Source: Proteobacteria bacterium UBA2136 (lineage in GTDB: Bacteria > Pseudomonadota > Alphaproteobacteria > UBA2136). From it: DNA of 64,000 nt. A program made the translations under genes and the position numbers. The notes under the pieces are model-generated. The model saw nothing but the letters and a program-made list of their open reading frames with translations. It searched no databases and was not told the origin of the DNA. This document shows positions 10,222 to 18,792 of this stretch, piece by piece. Where the stretch lies: NCBI GenBank assembly GCA_002328405.1, contig DCXM01000006.1:104913-168912 (forward strand), in the 5' to 3' direction. The first letter of the stretch is position 1, and each line of letters begins with the position of its first letter.

Positions 10222-10392
10222 ATGCTTTATTTAATGATGTCAAACCACGGGCTTTTATTTTTAGCCCTATTCTGCAAATTAGCCGTATTTAGCGTATTTC
10301 TGGGCATTTGTTATTTTATGTCAAACCAATACTTAAAAGAAAAACAGGCACAAGACCCAAACTTCATCAAACCTAAGGAGCACTCACCATGA
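10222..10392 (+). CDS. candidate small membrane peptide (56 aa), not in ORF track
   Basis: AGGAGG 6 nt upstream of the ATG. Hydrophobic MLYLMMSNHGLLFLALFCKLAVFSVFLGICYF… Stop overlaps the next start as ATGA. Confidence 0.3.
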   Translation: MLYLMMSNHGLLFLALFCKLAVFSVFLGICYFMSNQYLKEKQAQDPNFIKPKEHSP

Positions 10393-10538
10393 TGCATTCC
10401 GATCACGATATTATTCTGCGCACAAGTGCGGATGATAAACCCAAGAAGAAAAAGTGTAAGCGCAACCCAGCCGGTTGTGAAACCTGTTCTTGCAAACAGA
10501 AAAAACAGCGAAAAGATCAATCACCCAAAAGTGAATGA
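10389..10538 (+). CDS. candidate small basic Cys-containing protein (49 aa), not in ORF track
   Basis: ATGA overlap with the upstream small ORF. …KKKKCKRNPAGCETCSCKQKKQRK…; terminator 7 nt downstream. Confidence 0.3.
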   Translation: MMHSDHDIILRTSADDKPKKKKCKRNPAGCETCSCKQKKQRKDQSPKSE

Positions 10539-10544
10539 CAAACA

Positions 10545-10576
10545 AAAGCCCTCTTTATGAGGGCTTTTTTATTTTT
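10545..10576. terminator. bidirectional rho-independent terminator
   Basis: aaaagccctctttatgagggcttttttattttt. Confidence 0.5.
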
Positions 10577-11282
10577 GTTCTGTGTAGAACAAGCCCACAA
10601 CAGGCCCCATATTTTGCTTTTGTATCACCACCGCAGCTTCCAACCCTTCGGGTCTAAGTGGTAATGTCAGGGACAGCTCTTTTTGACCATCCCACACCTT
10701 TAACAGTTCCTTAGAGCGGACAATGTTCACCGAGTGTAAAACACGCCCTTGATTCTCACCCTTGGTGACGGATGTGACAGCTTCAGGTCTGTAAGACACA
10801 TACCAAATATTGGCGACACCGCCCATGTCAAAGGCAGGCATTTGAACATATTCTCGGCCGTTTTTTTGGCTGTAAAAAATTGGGACATTCACTTGATTAT
10901 TTCGTGCCGATGACGCCAACATTTTAACCCGCCAGCCCCATGAGGCAGTGGTTTCTGATTGACCGTCCACCACCACTTGTGGCGTGTACAGGCTGCTGTT
11001 TTCAAACTTTTCCATATAATGCACTTGCCGTTGGCTGAAAGCACCTTGGGCAAAAGGGTCTTGCCAGCCCATTTTATCCCAATAATCCACATGGAAGCTT
11101 AAGGCAAAAAAATCGTCACGCTCATTTAATTGGCGGATAACCTTCTCACCCGCAGGGCAAGATCTGCAACCTTGTGAGGTAAAAAGCTCTAACAGCACAG
11201 GCCTTGCCTGCGCAAACAAGTCGTTCACACAAAAAAGCAAAACCAAGAAGGCAAGGGTTAGTTTTTGCCACATTGCACACAC
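10569..11282 (-). CDS. DUF1223 thioredoxin-like protein (secreted, CxxC)
   Basis: Signal peptide, then ELFTSQGCRSCPAGE, which matches the DUF1223 hallmark (ELFTSQGCSSCP). Overlaps the DoxX stop, so it is likely co-transcribed with the MNIO cluster. Confidence 0.65.
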   Translation of the reverse strand: MCAMWQKLTLAFLVLLFCVNDLFAQARPVLLELFTSQGCRSCPAGEKVIRQLNERDDFFALSFHVDYWDKMGWQDPFAQGAFSQRQVHYMEKFENSSLYTPQVVVDGQSETTASWGWRVKMLASSARNNQVNVPIFYSQKNGREYVQMPAFDMGGVANIWYVSYRPEAVTSVTKGENQGRVLHSVNIVRSKELLKVWDGQKELSLTLPLRPEGLEAAVVIQKQNMGPVVGLFYTEQK

Positions 11283-11836
11283 ACCTTGTTAAATTGACGC
11301 CTCACCCAGCTATCAAGCGACAAACAGCCCGAACCACGGCTGACCACCACCATTAACAGCAGCATCCACAAATAGTGTAAGTCATGTGCTTGGTATGTCA
11401 AATGCATCACCAAGGTCATAATCAGCAAACCAAAGGCCGCAATGCGCCCACCCAAGCCAACAAACAGCATCCAAGCAAAAACAATTTCAAAAAACGTGGC
11501 ACTTAACGCTGCAAATTCAGGTGAAAGATAAGGCACATTGTATTCATATTCAAACAACATATAAGCCGTATCCGTCACTTGATAAGGCAGAGGGATAAGA
11601 GGGAACTGCACACCCAAAAAGCTGACCGTTTCAGGCAAGCCAAACAATCCTTCACCTGTCACCTTGGTGTCAGCCGACCTTAAGAAAATTAAACCCATCC
11701 AAAAGCGTATCACCAACAAATTTACTGGCTCCACCACCCGTTCTAAAAAAATAAACTTACATTGCACCAACTGGCACAACTTTCCCCAACAACCGCATTT
11801 TTTCATAGTTTGATTTTGTTCATTGTTCATGGTCAT
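11258..11836 (-). CDS. DoxX family membrane protein (bufferin-cluster associated)
   Basis: Four predicted TM helices with DoxX-like topology. Overlaps the DUF2063 gene stop; same position as DoxX in bufferin operons. Confidence 0.7.
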   Translation of the reverse strand: MTMNNEQNQTMKKCGCWGKLCQLVQCKFIFLERVVEPVNLLVIRFWMGLIFLRSADTKVTGEGLFGLPETVSFLGVQFPLIPLPYQVTDTAYMLFEYEYNVPYLSPEFAALSATFFEIVFAWMLFVGLGGRIAAFGLLIMTLVMHLTYQAHDLHYLWMLLLMVVVSRGSGCLSLDSWVRRQFNKVCVQCGKN

Positions 11837-12581
11837 CTCTCCTCACAATCAATTGATGTTGCAATGCCAGCGTTAAGGCTTGCTCTAGCGTATCTCCGCC
11901 ATCTTCTTCAGCAATGTCTCTTAAAGTTTTGCCATCAAATAGCGCTTGCATTGCACCGTACACAGCTTTTGACAGCCCCTGAACCTGACAGTCGTAGGAT
12001 TCATCTCGCCATATCAAGGCATATTCATTATGAGCCAAATCAATATTTTCGACATCAAAACCACATTGCGATTGAATGTTATTATAAAGTGAAACAGCTG
12101 CACCATTAAAAGCCATTAAACAGGCCCTATCCACTGCTTTAAAGCGTAAATTTTCCATATCATCTTCGGTTATATGAACCAATGACAGACCCGTTAAAGA
12201 CATGTCATTTTCAGCGTGTTCGCATTGGTGCACCGCCCATTCCAACTTTGCAACATCATATAAAAATGTGTAATTCTGCGCAGAGGGGTGGTTTTGCAAA
12301 AACTCAGGGAATTTTTCACCATATTCAAACAAGCAACCCGATGTCGGTGGATACGCTTTAATATACTCTTCCGCAATGTAGCGAAAATAGGCCAGATCCA
12401 CCAATTCCGCTGTGATAGGGTATGTTGTGTGCAACGCTTTTTTTAAGCTGACAAATATATTGTTTTGATAAATGGCCAGCCGCTCAACCATTTGACCACT
12501 GACAATATCATGACTTGGTAAGCTTGCACCTTCTTGTTTTAAAAAGTGCTGTTGTAAAGTCTGCTGAAGGTTATGCAACAT
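11820..12581 (-). CDS. DUF2063 domain protein, partner of the MNIO enzyme (BufC-like)
   Basis: 253 aa; N-terminal motif …LAIYQNNIFVSLKKAL… (the YRNNV-type motif of DUF2063). Start overlaps the DUF692 gene stop by 11 nt. Confidence 0.75.
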   Translation of the reverse strand: MLHNLQQTLQQHFLKQEGASLPSHDIVSGQMVERLAIYQNNIFVSLKKALHTTYPITAELVDLAYFRYIAEEYIKAYPPTSGCLFEYGEKFPEFLQNHPSAQNYTFLYDVAKLEWAVHQCEHAENDMSLTGLSLVHITEDDMENLRFKAVDRACLMAFNGAAVSLYNNIQSQCGFDVENIDLAHNEYALIWRDESYDCQVQGLSKAVYGAMQALFDGKTLRDIAEEDGGDTLEQALTLALQHQLIVRRDDHEQ

Positions 12582-13449
12582 GTTGAGGCCTTACTTTTTG
12601 TTGAACAGTCATCGCCTTTTCCATTTCCCCTATCAGTACCGAAAGCGCTGGAATCTGACTGTCCCACTCCACCAAAGTGGCTGGTCGCCTGTCTGTGCTT
12701 TTTAAAAACAATTCGTACAACTGCCAAACATCATCTGCCACTTGAGCACCATGACTATCCACTTTCACCACCTGACCAGAGGCAAGGGTTTGCAATTCAT
12801 GCCCCGCAAGGTGCACCTCCTCAACCGCATCAAACGGCATGGCGCGTAATTGATCCGTCGCATCAAGGCCCAAATTTTCCGCCGTGACATAAACATTGTT
12901 CATATCCAACAGTAAACCACAACCTGTTTTTTCCACCATTTGGCTTAAAAACTCACCTTCTGGTTGCTGACCCTTCAAATTAAAGCCAACGTAAACAGAA
13001 GGGTTTTCCATCAAAATCTTCCTGCCCAAAAATTGTTGAACCATGTCAATATGCTGGCACAGTCTTTCCAGCGCTTCTCGGGTATAAGGCAGTGGCAGAA
13101 GGTCATTGAGATGCATACCGTCCACCCCTGACCATGACACATGTTCACTGACCAACGACGGTTGATATTGATCGACAATTTCTTTAAGGCGTTTTAGGTG
13201 TTTAAGGTCTGGCCTTGTGTGTGAACCTAGGGACAAACCAACACCGTGAAAACTTAGAGGATAATGTTCAGCCAATGCCTGCAAATAGGCATGCGCCTTA
13301 CCGCCTAATGCAAAAAAATTTTCACTGTGTACTTCCAAAAACCCAATTTCAGGCTTTTGTTCTAGAATTTCTTGATAATGCGGTGCACGCAATCCCACAC
13401 CTACATGAGCTGTGAGGTCTTGTGCACCATTTGGTCGGATGTCGTTCAT
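12571..13449 (-). CDS. multinuclear non-heme iron-dependent oxidative enzyme, MNIO/DUF692 (BufB-like)
   Basis: 292 aa; hallmark DUF692 motifs VGVGLRAPHY and FLEVHSENFF, TIM-barrel-like length. Abuts the precursor gene stop (13450). Confidence 0.85.
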   Translation of the reverse strand: MNDIRPNGAQDLTAHVGVGLRAPHYQEILEQKPEIGFLEVHSENFFALGGKAHAYLQALAEHYPLSFHGVGLSLGSHTRPDLKHLKRLKEIVDQYQPSLVSEHVSWSGVDGMHLNDLLPLPYTREALERLCQHIDMVQQFLGRKILMENPSVYVGFNLKGQQPEGEFLSQMVEKTGCGLLLDMNNVYVTAENLGLDATDQLRAMPFDAVEEVHLAGHELQTLASGQVVKVDSHGAQVADDVWQLYELFLKSTDRRPATLVEWDSQIPALSVLIGEMEKAMTVQQKVRPQHVA

Positions 13450-13713
13450 TTAAGACTCGGACGATTCCAAACTGCCGTTTACCAGCTTATCGCAAAGCCC
13501 TTTTGGAACGTAAACCCATTCAGTGGTGTCGCCATCTTCTTTTGACATACCTGCGCATGAGTGTACCGATGTACCACAGTCGTTTTGACCGGCTTTAGCA
13601 ACACCATAACATTTTTCATGTTCTTTTTTCTTCGCTTCAGCTTCACTGGCAGCGCCCGTGGTTGCAAGCGCACCTGTTAGCGCCAAGAAAGCCAATTTCG
13701 TTGTATTGTTCAT
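13450..13713 (-). CDS. DUF2282 precursor peptide (bufferin-like RiPP precursor, BufA-like)
   Basis: 87 aa. Sec signal peptide ([25 protein letters not shown]), then core [42 protein letters not shown] with 4 Cys in the DUF2282 pattern CYGVxxAGxNDC…HxCAG…WxxVPKGxC. Confidence 0.8.
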   Translation of the reverse strand: MNNTTKLAFLALTGALATTGAASEAEAKKKEHEKCYGVAKAGQNDCGTSVHSCAGMSKEDGDTTEWVYVPKGLCDKLVNGSLESSES

Positions 13714-13921
13714 TGTTCAAGTTCCTTATTATTGAATGCAAGCAGTATTATTGCTTTTGTTATTTCTACATAGATATTCGCACCTATTTTCAGAATGGTT
13801 ACATTGTGAATGATTTTTGTGAGAAAAAAAACAGAAAGTTCATTTTTAAAGACAAAACAGCTTTGTATGGCAACTTTCTATACATAAGACATATAAACAA
13901 TTGACTGGCGACACAACAGCC

Positions 13922-15442
13922 TTACCAAGCGTCAAACTTGCCTTTAAATTCAGGGTCAGCGTAGTAGCGGATTTTTTCTGCTAAGACCGGACGACAACCC
14001 TGGACAAAAATAACCTGTGCGTCGTTTGGCATCCGCATCACTTCATCAGGGGTCATGAGAGGTCTCGACGTTTCGGAAACGTTGCTGCTGACATTGCCAC
14101 CAAACCACTGCCCCTTCTCCTTCGAGGTCCCTTCACCTGCCACACGGACCGTGGTTGTACCCATCATGTCAGACAAAATTTTGGCGGTGTCAAAGTCATT
14201 GGTACCAAAAGCCATCCGAACACTACAGTTGGCAATTAAGGACGCCCACTTGGGATAATCTTCCTTAATTTGTGATAAATCCTGAATAAACATCCAAAGG
14301 GAAATGCCATAACCAGCCAAATAACCGACACCTGATTCGATGTTTTTCATGTAACCAAGGGCTGGAAACTCATCAATAATAAACAAAGTTGGGTCTTTTG
14401 GTTTTTCTTGGGTACGGGTCAGCGTGGCAATAGTGATACCCATCATCAAACGCACTACAGGCTTGTATACATCTAAATACTCAGGTGGAATAATCACATA
14501 AAAAGATGTCGGCTCTTTTTTAATGTCTTCTAATTTAAAGTCACTGCGTGATGTGATGGAGGTTAGCCTTGGGCTGTCCCAAACAGCGGTTTGCGACTTT
14601 GCGGTGGAAAGAACCGAAGCCAATACCTTAGGCTCGGTCGCCGCTACTGAGTTAGCAATCCTTTGGATAATTTGGTTTTTACTGCGCTGCATGTCTTTAA
14701 TGGTCAGCTGAAAGTCTTTTTGGTCCTGCATAATCAGGTAACGCACCTCGCCCAAGTTGCGCAGCGCCGCAGGGCTTTCATTGGCCACATAAAGAATAAG
14801 GCCTGTGATCACGGTTTTTGCTTCATTGGTCCAAAACTCATCGCCACCACCGGGGACAATAATCATATCCGCAATTAAGGCGGCATCATCCAACTCATCA
14901 CTGGTGTTAATGCGAATAAAATCAATGGGGTTAAAGCAACCGCTACCTTCCATAAACGGTGCAAACGTGATTACTTTTGAAAATTGTGCACGGTGACGAC
15001 CAGAAACGGCGTAGTTTTCACCTTTAATGTCATTCACAACCACAGATCCTGGGTGGTCCAACAAGTTTGGAATAACGTGACCAACACCCTTACCACTACG
15101 TGTCGGTGCAAACGTGATTAAGTGACCAGGACTGCGAAAGCGCACAAATTTATTATCAAACTTGCCCAGCATAAAGCCATTTTCACGGACAAGATCCGCT
15201 TCTTTAAGATCCTTCATGGTTGCAAAGTCAGCAGAACCGTGGGCATGACTTGCCTTGCCTTGCATTTTCTTAAGTTCGCCCACTTGCTTTTTATAGCCTG
15301 CTTTGGGGCGATTTTTAAAATAAATATAAGCCATCGCAACAACAGCGGCAACAACCGCTGGAATCATCAACCCTTCCGGTACAACAAAAGGAATGGCCGC
15401 AGCCACCACAAGAGCTGTATACAAAAAAGTTTTTTGAGACAT
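13922..15442 (-). CDS. virD4: type IV secretion system coupling protein, VirD4/TraG family
   Basis: 506 aa; two N-terminal TM helices, Walker A APTRSGKGVGHVIPNLL (VirD4 type), Walker B LFIIDEFPALG. No other T4SS genes in the window. Confidence 0.75.
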   Translation of the reverse strand: MSQKTFLYTALVVAAAIPFVVPEGLMIPAVVAAVVAMAYIYFKNRPKAGYKKQVGELKKMQGKASHAHGSADFATMKDLKEADLVRENGFMLGKFDNKFVRFRSPGHLITFAPTRSGKGVGHVIPNLLDHPGSVVVNDIKGENYAVSGRHRAQFSKVITFAPFMEGSGCFNPIDFIRINTSDELDDAALIADMIIVPGGGDEFWTNEAKTVITGLILYVANESPAALRNLGEVRYLIMQDQKDFQLTIKDMQRSKNQIIQRIANSVAATEPKVLASVLSTAKSQTAVWDSPRLTSITSRSDFKLEDIKKEPTSFYVIIPPEYLDVYKPVVRLMMGITIATLTRTQEKPKDPTLFIIDEFPALGYMKNIESGVGYLAGYGISLWMFIQDLSQIKEDYPKWASLIANCSVRMAFGTNDFDTAKILSDMMGTTTVRVAGEGTSKEKGQWFGGNVSSNVSETSRPLMTPDEVMRMPNDAQVIFVQGCRPVLAEKIRYYADPEFKGKFDAW

Positions 15443-15555
15443 TGAAGCTTTACGCCTTATATTTTTTATTCACTATACACGCCGTACCAAACCTGTAAAG
15501 ACAAGCGCACCATTATAACCGCCCTGCTGTGACTTTGCAGTAGCACTTACAAGGG

Positions 15556-15804
15556 CTAGCGCTCTAAATCAAAGCCTTGTTCTTGCTCATGTTGTTGCTC
15601 AAGGCTTTTATCCATGACTTTATCACGGCCTTTCTCCAGCGCCATTTGAACTTGGCGAGACTGCGCAAGATAAACTTCATGCGTTTGCTCGGATTCTTTT
15701 AAAATCGTTTGAGCCGCACTCAACTCACCCTCGAGTGGTTTAATTTCACCATCTAAAAGCTCTTTAATTTGAGCAGATTTTTTTTCTCCATCAATCACAA
15801 CCAT
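15556..15804 (-). CDS. hypothetical coiled-coil protein (82 aa)
   Basis: Glu/Lys/Gln-rich helical ORF, translationally coupled (3-nt gap) to the upstream 183-aa ORF; upstream of virD4. Confidence 0.35.
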   Translation of the reverse strand: MVVIDGEKKSAQIKELLDGEIKPLEGELSAAQTILKESEQTHEVYLAQSRQVQMALEKGRDKVMDKSLEQQHEQEQGFDLER

Positions 15805-15807
15805 TTT

Positions 15808-16359
15808 TTAAACTCCCTTTAGTATATGCCCAAGCCAATTGGCAATTTTTTTGCCTTCGTTGAATGACTTTTTCATTTGTTCATAATTTATTGTATGCGC
15901 AACTTCTTTTGCGCGCAACCTGCCCCCAGTATTCACAACACCAAAAAGTGAAAAACCACGCAAATTACCAAAAACAGCCGGACGATTGCGCAGTGTCCAA
16001 CCTGTTTTAATCAGCCCTTTAACACCTTCCCACTGCAAACATTTTTGTTCTGCTTGGCTTGGTTTTTTGTAAACAATGCTAAAATTCGTACGCAAGTCTT
16101 TTTGAATCAGTTCCAATTTTGAGCGTATATCCTTAAAATCCTGCTTTAGGATTTGAATTTGATTCTCAATTTTTCGCACACGCCTTTTATTACCCCAAAT
16201 TGTGGAATCGCTCTCTTCCAGTGCCTTATTGAGGTAATGATTCAGCGCCGCCAGCTCGCTGGGTTTCATATTGTTTACAAGGTCAGAAAATTGGGCCTCT
16301 TTCCCAGTGTGACCCAGTATTTCCTTCAGTTCTGGCCTTGCGGCAAGAATATCCATCAT
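15808..16359 (-). CDS. hypothetical protein (183 aa)
   Basis: Intact ORF, no recognisable domain; first gene of a three-gene string ending in virD4. Confidence 0.4.
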   Translation of the reverse strand: MMDILAARPELKEILGHTGKEAQFSDLVNNMKPSELAALNHYLNKALEESDSTIWGNKRRVRKIENQIQILKQDFKDIRSKLELIQKDLRTNFSIVYKKPSQAEQKCLQWEGVKGLIKTGWTLRNRPAVFGNLRGFSLFGVVNTGGRLRAKEVAHTINYEQMKKSFNEGKKIANWLGHILKGV

Positions 16360-16560
16360 AAGTTCCCTTTTGCTTACACAGTTAATCCCCTTAACAGTTA
16401 TTTATAGAACATCACACCAATTCAATTATTAAAAAAACTTACACCTCCTGACACCTCAGGTTTTTATTATTTTTTTGATAAATAAGATATTTAGGCTTGC
16501 ATTCCATTCTACGCACCCCTACACCTTTTTAAAGAGGGAATTTAATGACGAGGGCAAGCC

Positions 16561-17106
16561 ATGCCACAACGTGATAAGTATGAAAAACTGTTGGATTTGA
16601 CGTCTCAAATGTCGTCTGATCAACAAATTGAGTTCATCCACAAAATTATAACCGACATTCCGCTTCAAACATTTTTTAATGAAAGAGATGCGCAAACAAT
16701 TGCACCCGTGGTGGACCTTATTCAAGAAACACTCACCTACAACATAGAAGCTAATTTATTTGAAGAAATGTTGGGATTGATGGCCTTTAAATGCGAAGAC
16801 ACCCATAACAAAAGCAAAGCATCAGTGCAAACGGTAACACATCAAAAAAAGGCTAAAGCCGCTTCCTACATAACAGATGCGGTATACAGCAGCTTAGAGT
16901 TCATTTACCATGAGCAACAAGAAAAAAGCTGCCCAATCAACATTATGCATATTTTAAACAACATTGAACTGGGTTATAAGTGGCTTAATGAATCAGCCAG
17001 TAAACCACATAAATTTTTAGAAACCTCTGCAGAAACAGCGCTAGAGATTCTGAATTGTGAAAAACCCCTTTATGTGGCAGAAGTTGTCAACTTCCCCAAC
17101 CGCTAG
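16561..17106 (+). CDS. hypothetical protein (181 aa)
   Basis: Intact ORF; no domain recognised. Confidence 0.4.
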   Translation: MPQRDKYEKLLDLTSQMSSDQQIEFIHKIITDIPLQTFFNERDAQTIAPVVDLIQETLTYNIEANLFEEMLGLMAFKCEDTHNKSKASVQTVTHQKKAKAASYITDAVYSSLEFIYHEQQEKSCPINIMHILNNIELGYKWLNESASKPHKFLETSAETALEILNCEKPLYVAEVVNFPNR

Positions 17107-18563
17107 AGCGTTGCGGACACATCCACAGTGATTGACACCTCAGCTGAGGAAACAGCACCCGTTAAGCTAACAGGTTCAACTTCCGCTTCCACGTCAACCT
17201 CTGTTTCACCTTCAACTACGATTACAGTAGGTGAGACAACTTTAACAACCCCATCTACCACCACAGCCGTTTCGGACACATCACTTTGTGGCATAACAGC
17301 TGTTTCGCTGACTTCTAAGGTAGGGGCAGCTGAGGGCTGACTTTCGTCCACCTCAAGGCCTGTCACTTCTGTCACAGAGCTCATTCCTTGTGACTTATCT
17401 TCTACCGCTTCAGGGTCAGAAGTCACCACATCTTCCACATCCCCCAAGTAAGACTCTAAAATATGGTTAAAACTTGGCACAAACATCATAATAGGGAAGC
17501 CATTAAACAACACTTTTTGACCTGTACTTTCGAAGTGAATTTCTACCTCTTCTTGTCCTTTAGGGGTGAATTTGGTGAGGTCCACCGGTGCTTCATTAAC
17601 ACCGCCAATATGGTTTAAAGCATCAATGTTTTTAAGTTTAATGCGCATTTGCCCCACGGGCTTCATATCGTCATTCAGGCGTAACTGATATGAAAGTTCC
17701 CCTTCAAAGTCATCAATTTTAAGGGATAAATCTTCCAAAGAAAATTCAGCCCCTTGCTGAGCCATATTCTTTGCAAAGGCCATGAGGGAATTTTTTAGCG
17801 CCCGTTTTTGTGCAGTGGTCGCATTTTGAGCGTCCAAAGCGTGCACAGCGTCTAACAATACACGCACATCAGTTGGCATATTTTTCAACAAAAGTTTAAA
17901 ACTAAAAGCATCCACTTCAAAACTGTTCTCGGCTTGCAAATCAAAGAATGTTGCACCTGAAACTTTGACAGATGTTTCACCATTCAATGCACCTTTTGTG
18001 GTTTTATCTGACGAGTTAAGGTGAATAGAGTTGACAGTTAACAAGCGTTTTTCCGCAATGTCTTCCGATGTCACATAAACATCCAAATCACTCATCACGC
18101 CCTTGTAATTCTTGGAAACGCCCCAAACACCTTCACCCACAGAGCGGGCAATGTTAAAACGCATTTGAACATTGTCTTGGTCGGACTGGACATCCACAAC
18201 ACCTTCAAAGTCCTTAATAAAGCTGTGAACCTGAATGGGTTGACCTGTAAACACTTTATAAAAATCAAAAATGGAAACATAGACGCGGTTTTCGCCACTG
18301 GTTGTAAGCTTAGCGCGGTGGTTTGTGCTTTTTTCAAACAAAATAAGACCAACATTTTCCACATCAAACCCAGCCTTAAAAGGAAAGCCCGTTGGTTTGA
18401 GAGTGTAATGAACATCCACGTCTGTTTTAGGGTTTGAAAGTTGCAATCTTTCAATATTTTGTGCAACAACCTCTTCAACTTTGTGAAGGGTTTGAAGCCA
18501 CAAAAAGTACCAGCCAACTGTAACTGCCAGCAAAACAACAAACAACCAACTTAAGCGCTTCAT
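17103..18563 (-). CDS. hypothetical N-terminally anchored protein with Val/Glu/Thr/Ser-rich repetitive C-terminus
   Basis: N-terminus MKRLSWLFVVLLAVTVGWYFLW (signal anchor, reminiscent of alphaproteobacterial DUF2125 proteins). C-terminal ~100 aa carries SETAV/VxVE repeats. Confidence 0.45.
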   Translation of the reverse strand: MKRLSWLFVVLLAVTVGWYFLWLQTLHKVEEVVAQNIERLQLSNPKTDVDVHYTLKPTGFPFKAGFDVENVGLILFEKSTNHRAKLTTSGENRVYVSIFDFYKVFTGQPIQVHSFIKDFEGVVDVQSDQDNVQMRFNIARSVGEGVWGVSKNYKGVMSDLDVYVTSEDIAEKRLLTVNSIHLNSSDKTTKGALNGETSVKVSGATFFDLQAENSFEVDAFSFKLLLKNMPTDVRVLLDAVHALDAQNATTAQKRALKNSLMAFAKNMAQQGAEFSLEDLSLKIDDFEGELSYQLRLNDDMKPVGQMRIKLKNIDALNHIGGVNEAPVDLTKFTPKGQEEVEIHFESTGQKVLFNGFPIMMFVPSFNHILESYLGDVEDVVTSDPEAVEDKSQGMSSVTEVTGLEVDESQPSAAPTLEVSETAVMPQSDVSETAVVVDGVVKVVSPTVIVVEGETEVDVEAEVEPVSLTGAVSSAEVSITVDVSATL

Positions 18564-18792
18564 ATAATCACTCCATATTTGTATGATAGACTTGTGAGTA
18601 TAGGGGCAAACGCCTTTTTTTTAAACCATTTTCTAGTCCAAATCATTAGACCTTGCCCACAAGACTTATTTTTGCTATTTTTGATGAGATACAACTTTAC
18701 AACATATTCTTTTCATTCACCCAAACCTACACTCTTGTCATTACATACAAATAATTGACATTTATCAAAAACATACCTGTGGAGGTATCGTT

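Noticed and set aside
10311-10520. 69-aa minus-strand ORF in the 10.1-10.6 kb gap
   Set aside because: It has no RBS and a hydrophobic nonsense-like composition. The plus strand carries an AGGAGG-led, ATGA-coupled ORF pair with a terminator, which explains the region better.
13479-13673. 64-aa ORF overlapping the DUF2282 precursor gene in another frame
   Set aside because: The alternative frame of the precursor gives the textbook DUF2282 motif; this frame has no features.
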